A stretch of DNA of 64,000 bases. Origin: Antedon mediterranea. Taxonomy: Eukaryota; Animalia; Echinodermata. Position numbers and translations under genes: made by a program. Where the stretch lies: contig NC_092677.1 of the NCBI RefSeq assembly GCF_964355755.1, forward strand, positions 22,121,175 to 22,185,174. Direction: 5' to 3'. Below are positions 40,989 to 55,230 of the stretch, in pieces. Numbering within the stretch: position 1 is the stretch's first letter; the number at the start of each line of letters is the position of its first letter. The notes beneath the pieces were generated by a model that did not search any database, had not been told where the DNA came from, and saw only the letters and a program-made list of their open reading frames with translations.

Positions 40989-43009
40989 TTTATTTTTTTT
41001 TGTCTTGTGTGAGTTCATCTCACGTTTATTTAAATTCTCATTGGTGAATATATTATATACATATAAGTATATTTGTGACAATTAAAAGTAAGTGTTTAAA
41101 GTAGTTAAAATACAGGTATATTTACATAATAAGATGCTTGAATTCAGTATTAACAATATTTGTTTTCATTAAAATTTTAGATATGATGTTAATTAAAATG
41201 TAAAAATGAAAAATGGCGGTAAAATACATGATTAAAATTTTCTTGTAAAACTATCTTATTTGTGCTCTTATTTGTGTTCGAGTAGAGAGGCTATAAACTC
41301 AGGGGAGGAAAATGTAGTATCCTCCCTTTTCACCAAGATAAAACGGATGAAATGAAAAAAGAGGAATGCAAAGGTTTGAATGTTAGATATTTAGAATGAT
41401 AGCATGCAATAATATATTTAATGAAAACCGTAAGGTTAGAGTCCATACACTGTGCGAGACACTTCATACCCGATGTCACCTTGATACAACTCACTACTTT
41501 GAGTGAGTGGCCGAGCGGTTAAGATGAGTGAGTGGCCGAGCGGTTAAGACAGTGGAACCGTAATTACCTAGCCATAACAACGGCAGGGGTTCGAGGCTCA
41601 CTCACTCCATGGTTCTGGTGGTAGAATGAGTCTTCTCGGATAAGGACTATAAACCGTAGGTCCAGTGTACACATCTGGCTCGTGTGCACTTTAAAGAACC
41701 TAGTACATCTTTCGAGACGAGTAGGGGGTTACCCCGGTGTATTAGTACATCACAGCCACTGATCACCAACTGGGCCCTCTGGGAGATCAGTCTTTGACTG
41801 AAGAGGTTACCCAGTATAAATATATATTTCAATCAATCAATCAATACTTACAATTTGTATTTACGATATAAAATATTGCAAATATAGAAAAATATATATA
41901 TTGGACAAATACAAATACATGCAGATAACATTGACATGTATACAATATGAATATTGCAAATATAGAAAAATATATATATATTAAAAAATAAATACCAATA
42001 ATTACAGATTTCATATAAGTTAATAAAATTGTCTAAAAACATAATCAATGGTTACATTTAAAATCACTTGAAATAAAAAAGGGCTACACATTTACATTAA
42101 AACTTATACAGCATATGTCACACTAATATAAAATACAATTGTAAAACGTAGGGATAGAGATCTCCAGCACATATATATTTTAATTATTCAATAGGATAAA
42201 TATCCTTTCTTTACTCTTTTTCCATTTCTGATCAGCAGTATAAAAGTTATATAAATACTCATTATTTATGAGGTTTATAATTTTATTTTTAAATAGCCCC
42301 CAAATATTTGCAGATTCTTTTTTTTCTGTCGTTTCTAGTTCTTTATATATTATGGAGGATTTATATATACAAAAAGTAAAAACTGAAATTAATTCGTTTA
42401 CAAGTTTGTTTGTTGTTCCCAAAATTACATTAACCCACTTTGGGAAGTCTTGCTGTACTGTAACCTCATTTGGAAGACACTGAACATGCATATCTTTAAA
42501 CTTTTTCATGACTGGTTGAATAGTTTTACATGCAATTAATGAGTGTTTTTCATTTTCTATATGATTCTTACACTTATTACATTTGTCTGTTGTAGATAAT
42601 TTCCATCTTTTTAGTCTTTTTTTACATATAAGGATTCGATGTAACAACTTAAAATTAAATTGTGCTACTTTTACCATGTGTTTCATTCTACATACTTTTC
42701 TATTCCATATTTCATTCCAGTCAATAATTTCATCTCTAAATTCTATTTCCATTTCATTTGAGGATTTGGAATAATACATATACCATTTATAAACTGCTTA
42801 TAATCGTAAGACGATCTTATCCTATTATGAAATATATTATGTTCTCTAGATTGTATATCTATGCGTGCATTTTCCAACCTTATTTGTTCTTTCCATATAT
42901 CAGGTATTGCATTTATTGTTGCAAAGTATTCAATTAATCCATTCTGTTTATTCGACAGAGTTGGAATAATTTCTGCTGCAGTCAATAACCTGTTATTTAC
43001 GACTATATC
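40989..43009 (-). mobile_element. Tx1/L1 LINE, copy C, RT part removed by a secondary deletion
   Basis: Matches 16993-19020, then joins SatB at gactatatc|gtacagacatcaccctcg. Confidence 0.92.
41500..41844 (+). mobile_element. Deu/Nin-type tRNA SINE, copy C
   Basis: Same sequence and flanks as 17510-17854. Confidence 0.88.
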
Positions 43010-46000
43010 GTACAGACATCACCCTCGATTTTACGTACAGACATCGACCCCGATTTTACGTACAGACATCGACCCCGATTTTACGTACAGACATCGACCC
43101 TGATTTTACGTACAGACATCGACCCCGTTTTTACATAGAGACATCGACCACGATTTTACGTACAGACATCGACCTAGTTTTTACGTACCGACATCGACCT
43201 CGATTTTACGTACAGACATCGACCCCGATTTTACGTACAGACATCGACCTAGTTTTGACGTACAGAAATCGACCGCTTTCTGACGTACAGACATCGACAC
43301 CGATTTTACATAAAGACATCGACCCCGATTTCACGTACAGACATCGACCACGTTTTTACGTACTGACATCGACCCCGATTTACCATAGAGACATCGATCC
43401 CGATTTTAAGTACATACATCGACTCCGTTTAACGTACATTTATCGACCCCGACTTTACGTCCACACATCGACCCAGTTTTTACGTACAGACAGCGACACC
43501 GTTTGACGTACCGAAATCAACCTCGATTTTACGTACAGACATCGACCCCGATTTTACGTACATAAAGCGACACCGTTTGACGTACCGACAACAACCTCGA
43601 TTTTACATACAGACATCGACCCTGATTTTACATACAGGTGGTATCGACCTAGTTTTGACGTATAGACATCGACCCTGTTTTTACATACACATAATACATC
43701 GACCTCGATTTTACGTATAGACATCGACCCCGATTTTACGTGCAGACATCGAACCCGTTTTTACGTACAGGTATCGACAATGATTTTACGTACAGACATC
43801 GACCTTGTTTTGAACTACAGACATCGACCACGTTTTTACGTACAGACATCGAACCTGTTTTACGTACAGACATGTACCTCGATTTTACGTACATACATCG
43901 ACCACAAATCAACGTAGAGACATCGACCCCAATTTTACGTACAGACATCGACAATGATTTTACGTACAGAAATCGACCTAGTTTTGACGTACATACATCG
44001 ACCTAGTTTTCAGGTACAGACATCGACCCCTGTTTTTACATACAGACATAGATCTAGTTTTTTACGTACAGAGATCGACCTAGTTTTTACGCAAGACATC
44101 GGCCCCGATTTAACGTACAGACATCGACCCCGTATTTACGTACAGACATCGACCTAGTTTTTACGTACATACATCGACTCCGTTTAACGTACCAACATCG
44201 ACCCCGTTTTTACGTACAGACATCGACTCCGTTTTTATGTAAAGATATCGACACCAATTTTACGCAAAGACAACGATCCTGATTTCACGTACAGACATCG
44301 ACCCCAATTTTACGTACAGTCATCGACCCCGTTTTAACGTACAGACATCAACCTTGATTTTACGTACAGACATTGACCCCGATTTTACGTACATACATCG
44401 ACCCCGATTTTACATACATACATCGACACCTATTTTACATACAGACAACGACCCCGATTTTACGTACAGACATCGACCTAGTTTTGACGTACAGATATCT
44501 ACCCCGTTTTGACGTACAGACATCGACACCAATTTTACGCAAACACAACGACCCCGATTTCACGAATAGACATCGATCCCGTATTTACGTACAGACATCG
44601 ATCCCGTATTTACTTACAGACATCGACCTTGTTTAACGTACATATATCGATCTCGATTTTACGTACATACATCGACTCCGATTTTACATACTGTACATAC
44701 ATTGACCCGATTTTACGTACAGTAATCGACTCCTATTTTACGTACAGACATCGACCTCTTTTTACGTACAGACATCGACCCCCTTATTACATACAGATAT
44801 CGACTCCGCTTTTACGTACAGACATCGACCTAGTTTTTACGTACCGACATCGACCTCGATTTTACATACAGACAACGACCCCGATTTTACGTACAGACAT
44901 CGACACCAATTTTACGCAAAGACAACGACCCCGATTTCACGAATAGACATCGATTCCGTATTTACGTACAGACATCGACCTAGTATTTACGTACAGACAT
45001 CGACCACGATTTTACGTACCGACATCGACCATGTTTTTACATACAGACATCGATCCCGTATTTACTTACAGGCATCGACCTAGTTTCTACGTACAAACAT
45101 CGACCCCGATTTTACGTACATACATCTACCCCGATTTTACGTACAGACATCGACACCGATTTTACGTACATACATCGACCCGATTTTACGTACAGTCATT
45201 GACCCAGTTTTTACGTACATACATCAACCTCGATTTTACGTACAGACATTGACCCCAATTTTACGTACATACATCGACCCCGATTTTACATACATACATC
45301 GACTCCTATTTTACATACAGACAACGACCCCGATTTTACGTACAGACATCGACCTAGTTTTGACGTACAGATATCTACCCCATTTTGACGTACAGACATC
45401 GACACCAATTTTACGCAAAGACAACGACCCCGATTTCACGAATAGACATCGATCCCGTATTTACGTACAGACATCGATCCCGTATTTACTTACAGGCATC
45501 GACCTTGTTTCTACGTACAAACATCGACCCTGATTTAAGGTACATATATCGATCCCGATTTTACGTACATACACCGACTCCAATTTTACGTACATACATT
45601 GACCCGATTTTACGTACAGTCATCGACTCCTATTTTACGTACAGACATCGACCTAGTTTTTACGTAAAGACATCCACCCTGATTTTACATACAGACATCG
45701 ACCTAGTTTTGACGAACCGACATCAACCTCGATTTTACGTACAGACATTGACCCTGATTTTACGTACATACATCGACCTCGATTTTAGGTACAGACATCG
45801 ACCCCGATTTTACGTACAGACGTCGACCTAGTTTTGACGTACAGACATCGACCCCGATTTCACGAACAGACATCGATCCCCTATTTACGTACAGACATCG
45901 ATCTCGTATTTATGTACAGATATCGACCCCGTTTTTACGTACAGACATTGACCCTGATTTTACGTACATACATATATCCCGATTTTACGTACATACGTCG

Positions 46001-49000
46001 ATCCCTATTTTACGTACAGAAATCGACTCCGTTTAACGTACCGACATCGACGCGGATTTTATATACAGACATCGACCTAGTTTTTACGTACAGATATCCA
46101 CCTAGTTTTTACGTACAGACATCGGTCTAGTTTTCACTTACAGACCTCGACATAGTTTTTATGCAATGACAGCGACCCCGACTTTACGTACAGATATGGA
46201 CCCCGATTTTACGTACAGACATCGACCCAGTTTTTACGTACAGACATCGACCACGTTTTTACGTACAGACATCGACCCCGTTTTGACGTACAGACATCGA
46301 CCTAGTTTTGAACTACAGACATCGACATCAATCCTGATTTTACGTATAGACATGTACCCCGATTTTACGTACATATATCGACCCCGATTTTACGTACATA
46401 CATTGACCCCGATTTTAGGTACAGCCATCGACCCCGATTTTACGTACATACATCGACCCCGATTTTAAGTAAGGTCATCGACCCTTTTTTACGTACAGAC
46501 ATTAACCTCGATTTTACGTACATACATCGACACCAATTTTACGTACATACATCGACCCCGATTTGACCTACAGACATTGACCCCGATTTGACGTACAGAC
46601 ATCGACCCCGATTTTAGGTACAGACATCGACTTAGTTTTTACGTACAGCATCGACCCTGGTTTTACATACATTCATCGACCTAGTTTTGACGTACAGACA
46701 TCGACCCCGATTTTATGTACAGACATCGAACTAGTTTTTACGTACGTACAGACATCGACCTAGTTTGTACGTACAGACATCGGCCTAGTTTTTACGTACA
46801 GACATCGACCTAGTTTTTACGTACCGACATCGACCTCGATTTTACGTGCAGACATCGACCCCGATTTTACGTACAGACATCGAACTAGCTTTGAACTACA
46901 GACATCGACTGCCTTTTTACGTACATACATCGACCGCGATTTTACGTACAGATATCGACCCAGTTTTTTCGTACAGACATCGACCTCATTTTTACGTACA
47001 GACATCGACCTAGTTTTGAACTACAGACATCGACTCCGTTTTTACGTACAGACATCGACCCTGATTTTACATACAGAAATGTACCCCGATTTTACGTACA
47101 GACATCGACCCCAATTTTACGTATAGACATCTACCTTGATTTAACGTACAGACATCGATCCCGTATTTACGTACAGACATCGATCCCGTATTTACTTACA
47201 GACATCGACCTTGTTTAACGTACATATATCGATCTCGATTTTACGTACATACATCGACTCCGATTTTACATACTGTACATACATTGACCCGATTTTACGT
47301 ACAGTAATCGACTCCTATTTTACGTACAGACATCGACCTCTTTTTACGTACAGACATCGACCCCCTTATTACATACAGATATCGACTCCGCTTTTACGTA
47401 CAGACATCGACCTAGTTTTTACGTACCGACATCGACCTCGATTTTACATACAGACAGCGACCCCGATTTTACGTACAGACATCGACACCAATTTTACGCA
47501 AAGACAACGACCCCGATTTCACGAATAGAAATCGATTCCGTATTTACGTACAGACATCGACCTAGTATTTACGTACAGACATCGACCACGATTTTACGTA
47601 CCGACATCGACCATGTTTTTACATACAGACATCGATCCCGTATTTACTTACAGGCATCGACCTAGTTTCTACGTACAAACATCGACCCCGATTTTACGTA
47701 CATACATCTACCCCGATTTTACGTACAGACATCGACACCGATTTTACGTACATACATCGACCCGATTTTACGTACAGTCATTGACCCAGTTTTTACGTAC
47801 ATACATCAACCTCGATTTTACGTACAGACATTGACCCCGATTTTACGTACATACATCGACCCCGTTTTTACATACATACATCGACTCCTATTTTACATAC
47901 AGACAACGACCCCGATTTTACGTACAGACATCGACCTAGTTTTGACGTACAGATATCTACCCCATTTTGACGTACAGACAACGACCCCTATTTCACGAAT
48001 AGACATCGATCCCGTATTTACGTACAGACATCGATCCCGTATTTACTTACAGGCATCGACCTTGTTTCTAAGTACAAACATCGACCCTGATTTAAGGTAC
48101 ATATATCGATCCCGATTTTACGTACATACACCGACTCCAATTTTACATACATACATTGACCCGATTTTACGTACAGTCATCGACTCCTATTTTACGTAAA
48201 GACATCGACCTAGTTTTTACGTAAAGACATCCACCCTGATTTTACATACAGACATCGACCTAGTTTTGACGAACCGACATCAACCTCGATTTTACGTACA
48301 GACATTGACCCTGATTTTACGTACATACATCGACCTCGATTTTAGGTACAGACATCGACCCCGATTTTACGTACAGACGTCGACCTAGTTTTGACGTACA
48401 GACATTGACCCCGATTTCACGAACAGACATCGATCCCCTATTTACGTACAGACATCGATCTCGTATTTATGTACAGATATCGACCCCGTTTTTACGTACA
48501 GACATTGACCCTGATTTTACGTACATACATATATCCCGATTTTACGTACATACGTCGATCCCTATTTTACGTACAGAAATCGACTCCGTTTAACGTACCG
48601 ACATCGACGCGGATTTTATATACAGACATCGACCTAGTTTTTACGTACAGACATCCACCTAGTTTTTACGTACAGACATCGGTCTAGTTTTCACTTACAG
48701 ACCTCGACATAGTTTTTATGCAATGACAGCGACCCCGACTTTACGTACAGATATGGACCCCGATTTTACGTACAGACATCGACCCAGTTTTTACGTACAG
48801 ACATCGACCACGTTTTTACGTACAGACATCGACCCCGTTTTGACGTACAGACATCGACCTAGTTTTGAACTACAGACATCGACATCGATCCTGATTTTAC
48901 GTATAGACATGTACCCCGATTTTACGTACATACATCAACCCCGATTTTACGTACATACATTGACCCCGATTTTAGGTACAGCCATCGACCCCGATTTTAC

Positions 49001-52000
49001 GTACAAACATCGACCCCGATTTTAAGTAAGGTCATCGACCCTTTTTTTACGTACATACATTAACCTCGATTTTACGTACATACATCGACACCAATTTTAC
49101 GTACATACGTCGACCCCGATTTGACATACAGACATTGACCCCGATTTTACGTACAGACATCGACCCCGATTTTAGGTACAGACATCGACTTAGTTTTTAC
49201 GTACAGCATCGACTTTGGTTTTACATACATTCATCGACCTAGTTTTGACGTACAGACATCGACCCCGATTTTATGTACAGACATCGAACTAGTTTTTACG
49301 TACGTACAGACATCGACCTAGTTTGTACGTACAGACATCGGCCTAGTTTTTACGTACAGACATCGACCTAGTTTTTACGTACCGACATCGACCTCGATTT
49401 TACGTGCAGACATCGACCCCGATTTTACGTACAGACATCGAACTAGCTTTGAACTACAGACATCGACTGCCTTTTTACGTACATACATCGACCCCGATTT
49501 TACGTACAGATATCGACCCAGTTTTTTCGTACAGACATCGACCTCATTTTTACGTACAGACATCGACCTAGTTTTGAACTACAGACATCGACTCCGTTTT
49601 TACGTACAGACATCGACCCTGATTTTACATACAGAAATGTACCCCGATTTTACGTACAGACATCGACCCCAATTTTACGTATAGACATCTACCTTGATTT
49701 AACGTACAGACATCGAACCCGAGTTTACGTGCAGACATCGATCCCGCTTTTACGTACATAAATCGACCACGATTTAACGTAGAGACATCGACCCCGATTT
49801 TATGTACAGACATCGACAATGATTTTAAATACAGACATTGACCTAGTTTTGACCTACAGACATCGACTTAGTTTTGACCTACAGACATCGACATCGGTTT
49901 TACGTACAGACATCGACACCGGTTTTACGTACAGATATCGACCCTAATTTTACATACAGACATCGACCTAGTTTTGACGTACAGACATCGACCCCGTCTT
50001 TACATACAGACATCGATCTTGTTTTTTACGTACAGAGATCGACCTAGTTTTGACGTACCGACATCGACCCCTGATTTTACGTACAGACAGTGACTTCGAT
50101 TTTACATCGACCTAGTTTTGACGGACATATATCTACCCCGTTTTGACGTACAGACATCGACACCGATTTTACGCAAGACGTCGACCCCGATTTGACGTAC
50201 AGACATCGACCCCGTATTTACGTACAGACATCGACCTAGTTTTTACGTACATACATCGACTCCGTTTAACGTACCAACATCGACCCCGTTTTTACGTACA
50301 GACATCGACTCCGTTCTTACGTAAAGACATCGACCCCGATTTTACATCGACCTTTTATTGACGGACATATATCGACCCCGTTTTGACGTACAGACATCGA
50401 CACCGATTTTACGCAAGACGTCGACCCCGATTTGACGTACAGACATCGACCCCGTATTTACGTACAGACATCGACCCAGTTTTTACGTACAGACATTAAC
50501 CTCGATTTTACGTACATACATCGACACCAATTTTACGTACATACATCGACCCCGATTTGACATACAGACATCGACCCCGATTTTACGTCCAAACATCGAC
50601 CCCGATTTTAGGTACAGACACCCCACTTAGTTTTTACATACAGCATCGACCCTGATTTTACATACATTCATCGACCTAGTTTTGACGTACAGACATCGGC
50701 CCCGATTTTATGTACAGACATCGAACTAGTTTTTACGTACGTACAGACATCGACCTAGTTTGTACGTACAGACATCGGCCTAGTTTTTACGTACAGACAT
50801 CGACCTAGTTTTTACGTACCGACATCGACCTCGATTTTACGTGCAGACATCGACCCCTATTTTACGTAGACATCGAACTAGCTTTGAACTACAGACATCG
50901 ACTGCCTTTTTACGTACATACATCGACCCTGATTTTACGTACAGATATCGACCCAGTTTTTTCGTACAGACATCGACCTCATTTTACGTACAGACATCGA
51001 CCTAGTTTTGAACTACAGACATCGACTCCGTTTTTACGTACAGACATCGACCCTGATTTTACATACAGAAATGTACCCCGATTTTACGTACAGACATCGA
51101 CCCCGATTTTACGTATAGACATCGACCTTGATTTAACTTACAGACATCGAACCCGTTTTTACGTGCAGACATCGACAATGATTTTAAATACAGACATTGA
51201 CCTAGTTTTGACCTACAGACATCGACTTAGTTTTGACCTACAGACATCGACATCGGTTTAACGTACAGACATCGACACCGGTTTTACGTACAGATATCGA
51301 CCCTAATTTTACATACAGACATCGACCTAGTTTTGACGTACAGACATCGACCCCGTCTTTACATACAGACATCGATCTTGTTTTTTACGTACAGAGATCG
51401 ACCTAGTTTTTACGTACCGACATCGACCCCTGATTTTACGTACAGACAGTGACCCCGATTTTACATCGACCTAGTTTTGACGGACATATATCGACCCCGT
51501 TTTGACGTACAGACATCGACACCGATTTTACGCAAGATGTCGACCCCGATTTGACGTACAGACATCGACCCCGTATTTACGTACAGACATCGACCTAGTT
51601 TTTACGTACATACATCGACTCCGTTTAACGTACCGACATCGACCCCGTTTTTACGTACAGACATCGACTCCGTTCTTACGTAAAGACATCGACCCCGATT
51701 TTACATCGACCTTTTATTGACGGACATATATCGACCCCGTTTTGACGTACAGACATCGACACCGATTTTACGCAAGACGTCGACCCCGATTTGACGTACA
51801 GACATCGACCCCGTATTTACGTACAGACATCGACCCAGTTTTTACGTACAGACATTAACCTCGATTTTACGTACATACATCGACACCAATTTTACGTACA
51901 TACATCGACCCCGATTTGACATACAGACATCGACCCCGATTTTACGTCCAAACATCGACCCCGATTTTAGGTACAGACACCCCACTTAGTTTTTACATAC

Positions 52001-54810
52001 AGCATCGACCCTGATTTTACATACATTCATCGACCTAGTTTTGACGTACAGACATCGGCCCCGATTTTATGTACAGACATCGAACTAGTTTTTACGTACG
52101 TACAGACATCGACCTAGTTTGTACGTACAGACATCGGCCTAGTTTTTACGTACAGACATCGACCTAGTTTTTACGTACCGACATCGACCTCGATTTTACG
52201 TGCAGACATCGACCCCTATTTTACGTAGACATCGAACTAGCTTTGAACTACAGACATCGACTGCCTTTTTACGTACATACATCGACCCTGATTTTACGTA
52301 CAGATATCGACCCAGTTTTTTCGTACAGACATCGACCTCATTTTACGTACAGACATCGACCTAGTTTTGAACTACAGACATCGACTCCGTTTTTACGTAC
52401 AGACATCGACCCTGATTTTACATACAGAAATGTACCCCGATTTTACGTACAGACATCGACCCCGATTTTACGTATAGACATCGACCTTGATTTAACTTAC
52501 AGACATCGAACCCGTTTTTACGTGCAGACATCGACAATGATTTTAAATACAGACATTGACCTAGTTTTGACCTACAGACATCGACTTAGTTTTGACCTAC
52601 AGACATCGACATCGGTTTAACGTACAGACATCGACACCGGTTTTACGTACAGATATCGACCCTAATTTTTCATACAGACATCGACCTAGTTTTGACGTAC
52701 AGACATCGACCCCGTCTTTACATACAGACATCGATCTTGTTTTTTACGTACAGAGATCGACCTAGTTTTTACGTACCGACATCGACCCCTGATTTTACGT
52801 ACAGACAGTGACCCCGATTTTACATCGACCTAGTTTTGACGAACATATATCGACCCCGTTTTGACGTACAGACATCGACACCGATTTTACGCAAGACGTC
52901 GACCCCGATTTGACGTACAGACATCGACCCCGTATTTACGTACAGACATCGACCTAGTTTTTACGTACATACATCGACTCCGTTTAACGTACCGACATCG
53001 ACCCCGTTTTTACGTACAGACATCGACTCCGTTCTTACGTAAAGACATCGACCCCGATTTTACATCGACCTAGTTTTGACGGACATATATCGACCCCGTT
53101 TTGACATACAGACATCGACACCGATTTTACGCAAGACGTCGACCCCGATTTGACGTACAGACATCGACCCCGTATTTACGTACAGACATCGACCCAGTTT
53201 TTACGTACAGACATTAACCTCGATTTTACGTACATACATCGACACCAATTTTACGTACATACATCGACCCCGATTTGACATACAGACATCGACCCCGATT
53301 TTACGTCCAAACATCGACCCCGATTTTAGGTACAGACACCCCACTTAGTTTTTACATACAGCATCGACCCTGATTTTACATACATTCATCGACCTAGTTT
53401 TGACGTACAGACATCGGCCCCGATTTTATGTACAGACATCGAACTAGTTTTTACGTACGTACAGACATCGACCTAGTTTGTACGTACAGACATCGGCCTA
53501 GTTTTTACGTACAGACATCGACCTAGTTTTTACGTACCGACATCGACCTCGATTTTACGTGCAGACATCGACCCCTATTTTACGTACAGACATCGAACTA
53601 GCTTTGAACTACAGACATCGACTGCCTTTTTACGTACATACATCGACCCTGATTTTACGTACAGATATCGACCCAGTTTTTTCGTACAGACATCGACCTC
53701 ATTTTACGTACAGACATCGACCTAGTTTTGAACTACAGACATCGACTCCGTTTTTACGTACAGACATCGACCCTGATTTTACATACAGAAATGTACCCCA
53801 ATTTTACGTACAGACATCGACCCCGATTTTACGTATAGACATCGACCTTGATTTAACTTACAGACATCGAACCCGTTTTTACGTGCAGACATCGATCCCG
53901 CTTTTACGTACATAAATCGACCATGATTTAACGTAGAGACATCGACAATGATTTTACATACAGACATCGACCTAGTTTTGACCTACAGACATCGACTTAG
54001 TTTTGAACTACAGACATCGACATCGGTTTGACGTACAGACATCGACACCGGTTTTACGTACAGATATCGACCCTAATTTTACATACAGACATCGACCTAG
54101 TTTTGACGTACAGACATCGACCCCGTCTTTACATATAGACATCGATCTTGTTTTTTACGTACAGAGATCGACCTAGTTTTTACGTACCGACATCGACCCC
54201 TGATTTTACGTACAGACAGTGACCCCGATTTTACATCGACATAGTTTTGACGGACATATATCGACCCCGTTTTGACGTACAGACATCGACACCGATTTTA
54301 CGCAAGACGTCGACCCCGATTTGACGTACAGACATCGACCCCGTATTTACGTACAGACATCGACCTAGTTTTTAAGTACATACATCGACTCCGTTTAACG
54401 TACCGACATCGACCCCGTTTTTACGTACAGACATCGACTCCGTTCTTACGTAAAGACATCCACCCCGATTTCACATCGACCTAGTTTTGACGGACATATA
54501 TCGACCCCGTTTTGACGTACAGACATCGACACCGATTTTACGCAAGACGTCGACCCCGATTTGACGTACAGACATCGACCCCGTATTTACGTACAGACAT
54601 CGACCTTGTTTTTACGTACATACATCGACTCCGTTTAACGTACCGACATCGACCCCGTTTGTACGTACAGACATCGACTCCGTTCTTACGTAAAGACATC
54701 GACCCCGATTTTACGTACAGACAGCGACTCCGATTTTACGTACAGACATCGACCCCGTTTTGACGTACAGACATCGACACCGATTTTACGCAAAGGCAAC
54801 GACCCCGATT
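43010..54810 (+). repeat. SatB array (11.8 kb) with ~2.6-kb and 1359-bp higher-order duplications
   Basis: Offsets 45031/47613 (2582), 50143/51502/52861 and 50884/52243 (1359), 54272/54512 (240). Confidence 0.97.
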
Positions 54811-55230
54811 TCTCACACAAAACATCAAAGTGTACAGAATAGCTTTAAATCGCATTTGGAGACGTTTTAGACCATTTTGTGATTTTCGAAAAAACTTGGT
54901 TACACAAAAACATCAAAATGCTTAAAATCACATTAGAAACCGTTTTAGACCATTTTGAGCATTTCGATAAGACTTTTCACACAAAAACATCAAAGTGCAC
55001 AAAATAGCTTAATATGGTATTTAAAAACGTTTTAGATCATTTTAAGCACTTCGACAAAACTTTTTTACACAAAACATCAAAGTGTACAGAATAGCTTCAA
55101 ATCGCAATTGGAGACGTTTTAGACAATTTTGTGCATTTCGATGAAACTTGGTTACACAAAAACATCAAAGTGCTAAAATCACATTAGAAACCGTTTTAGA
55201 CCATTTTGAGCATTTTGATGAAACTTTACA
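54811..55230. repeat. SatC array, contracted (~5 monomers)
   Basis: Both junctions match the other copies; only ~0.4 kb long. Confidence 0.92.
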
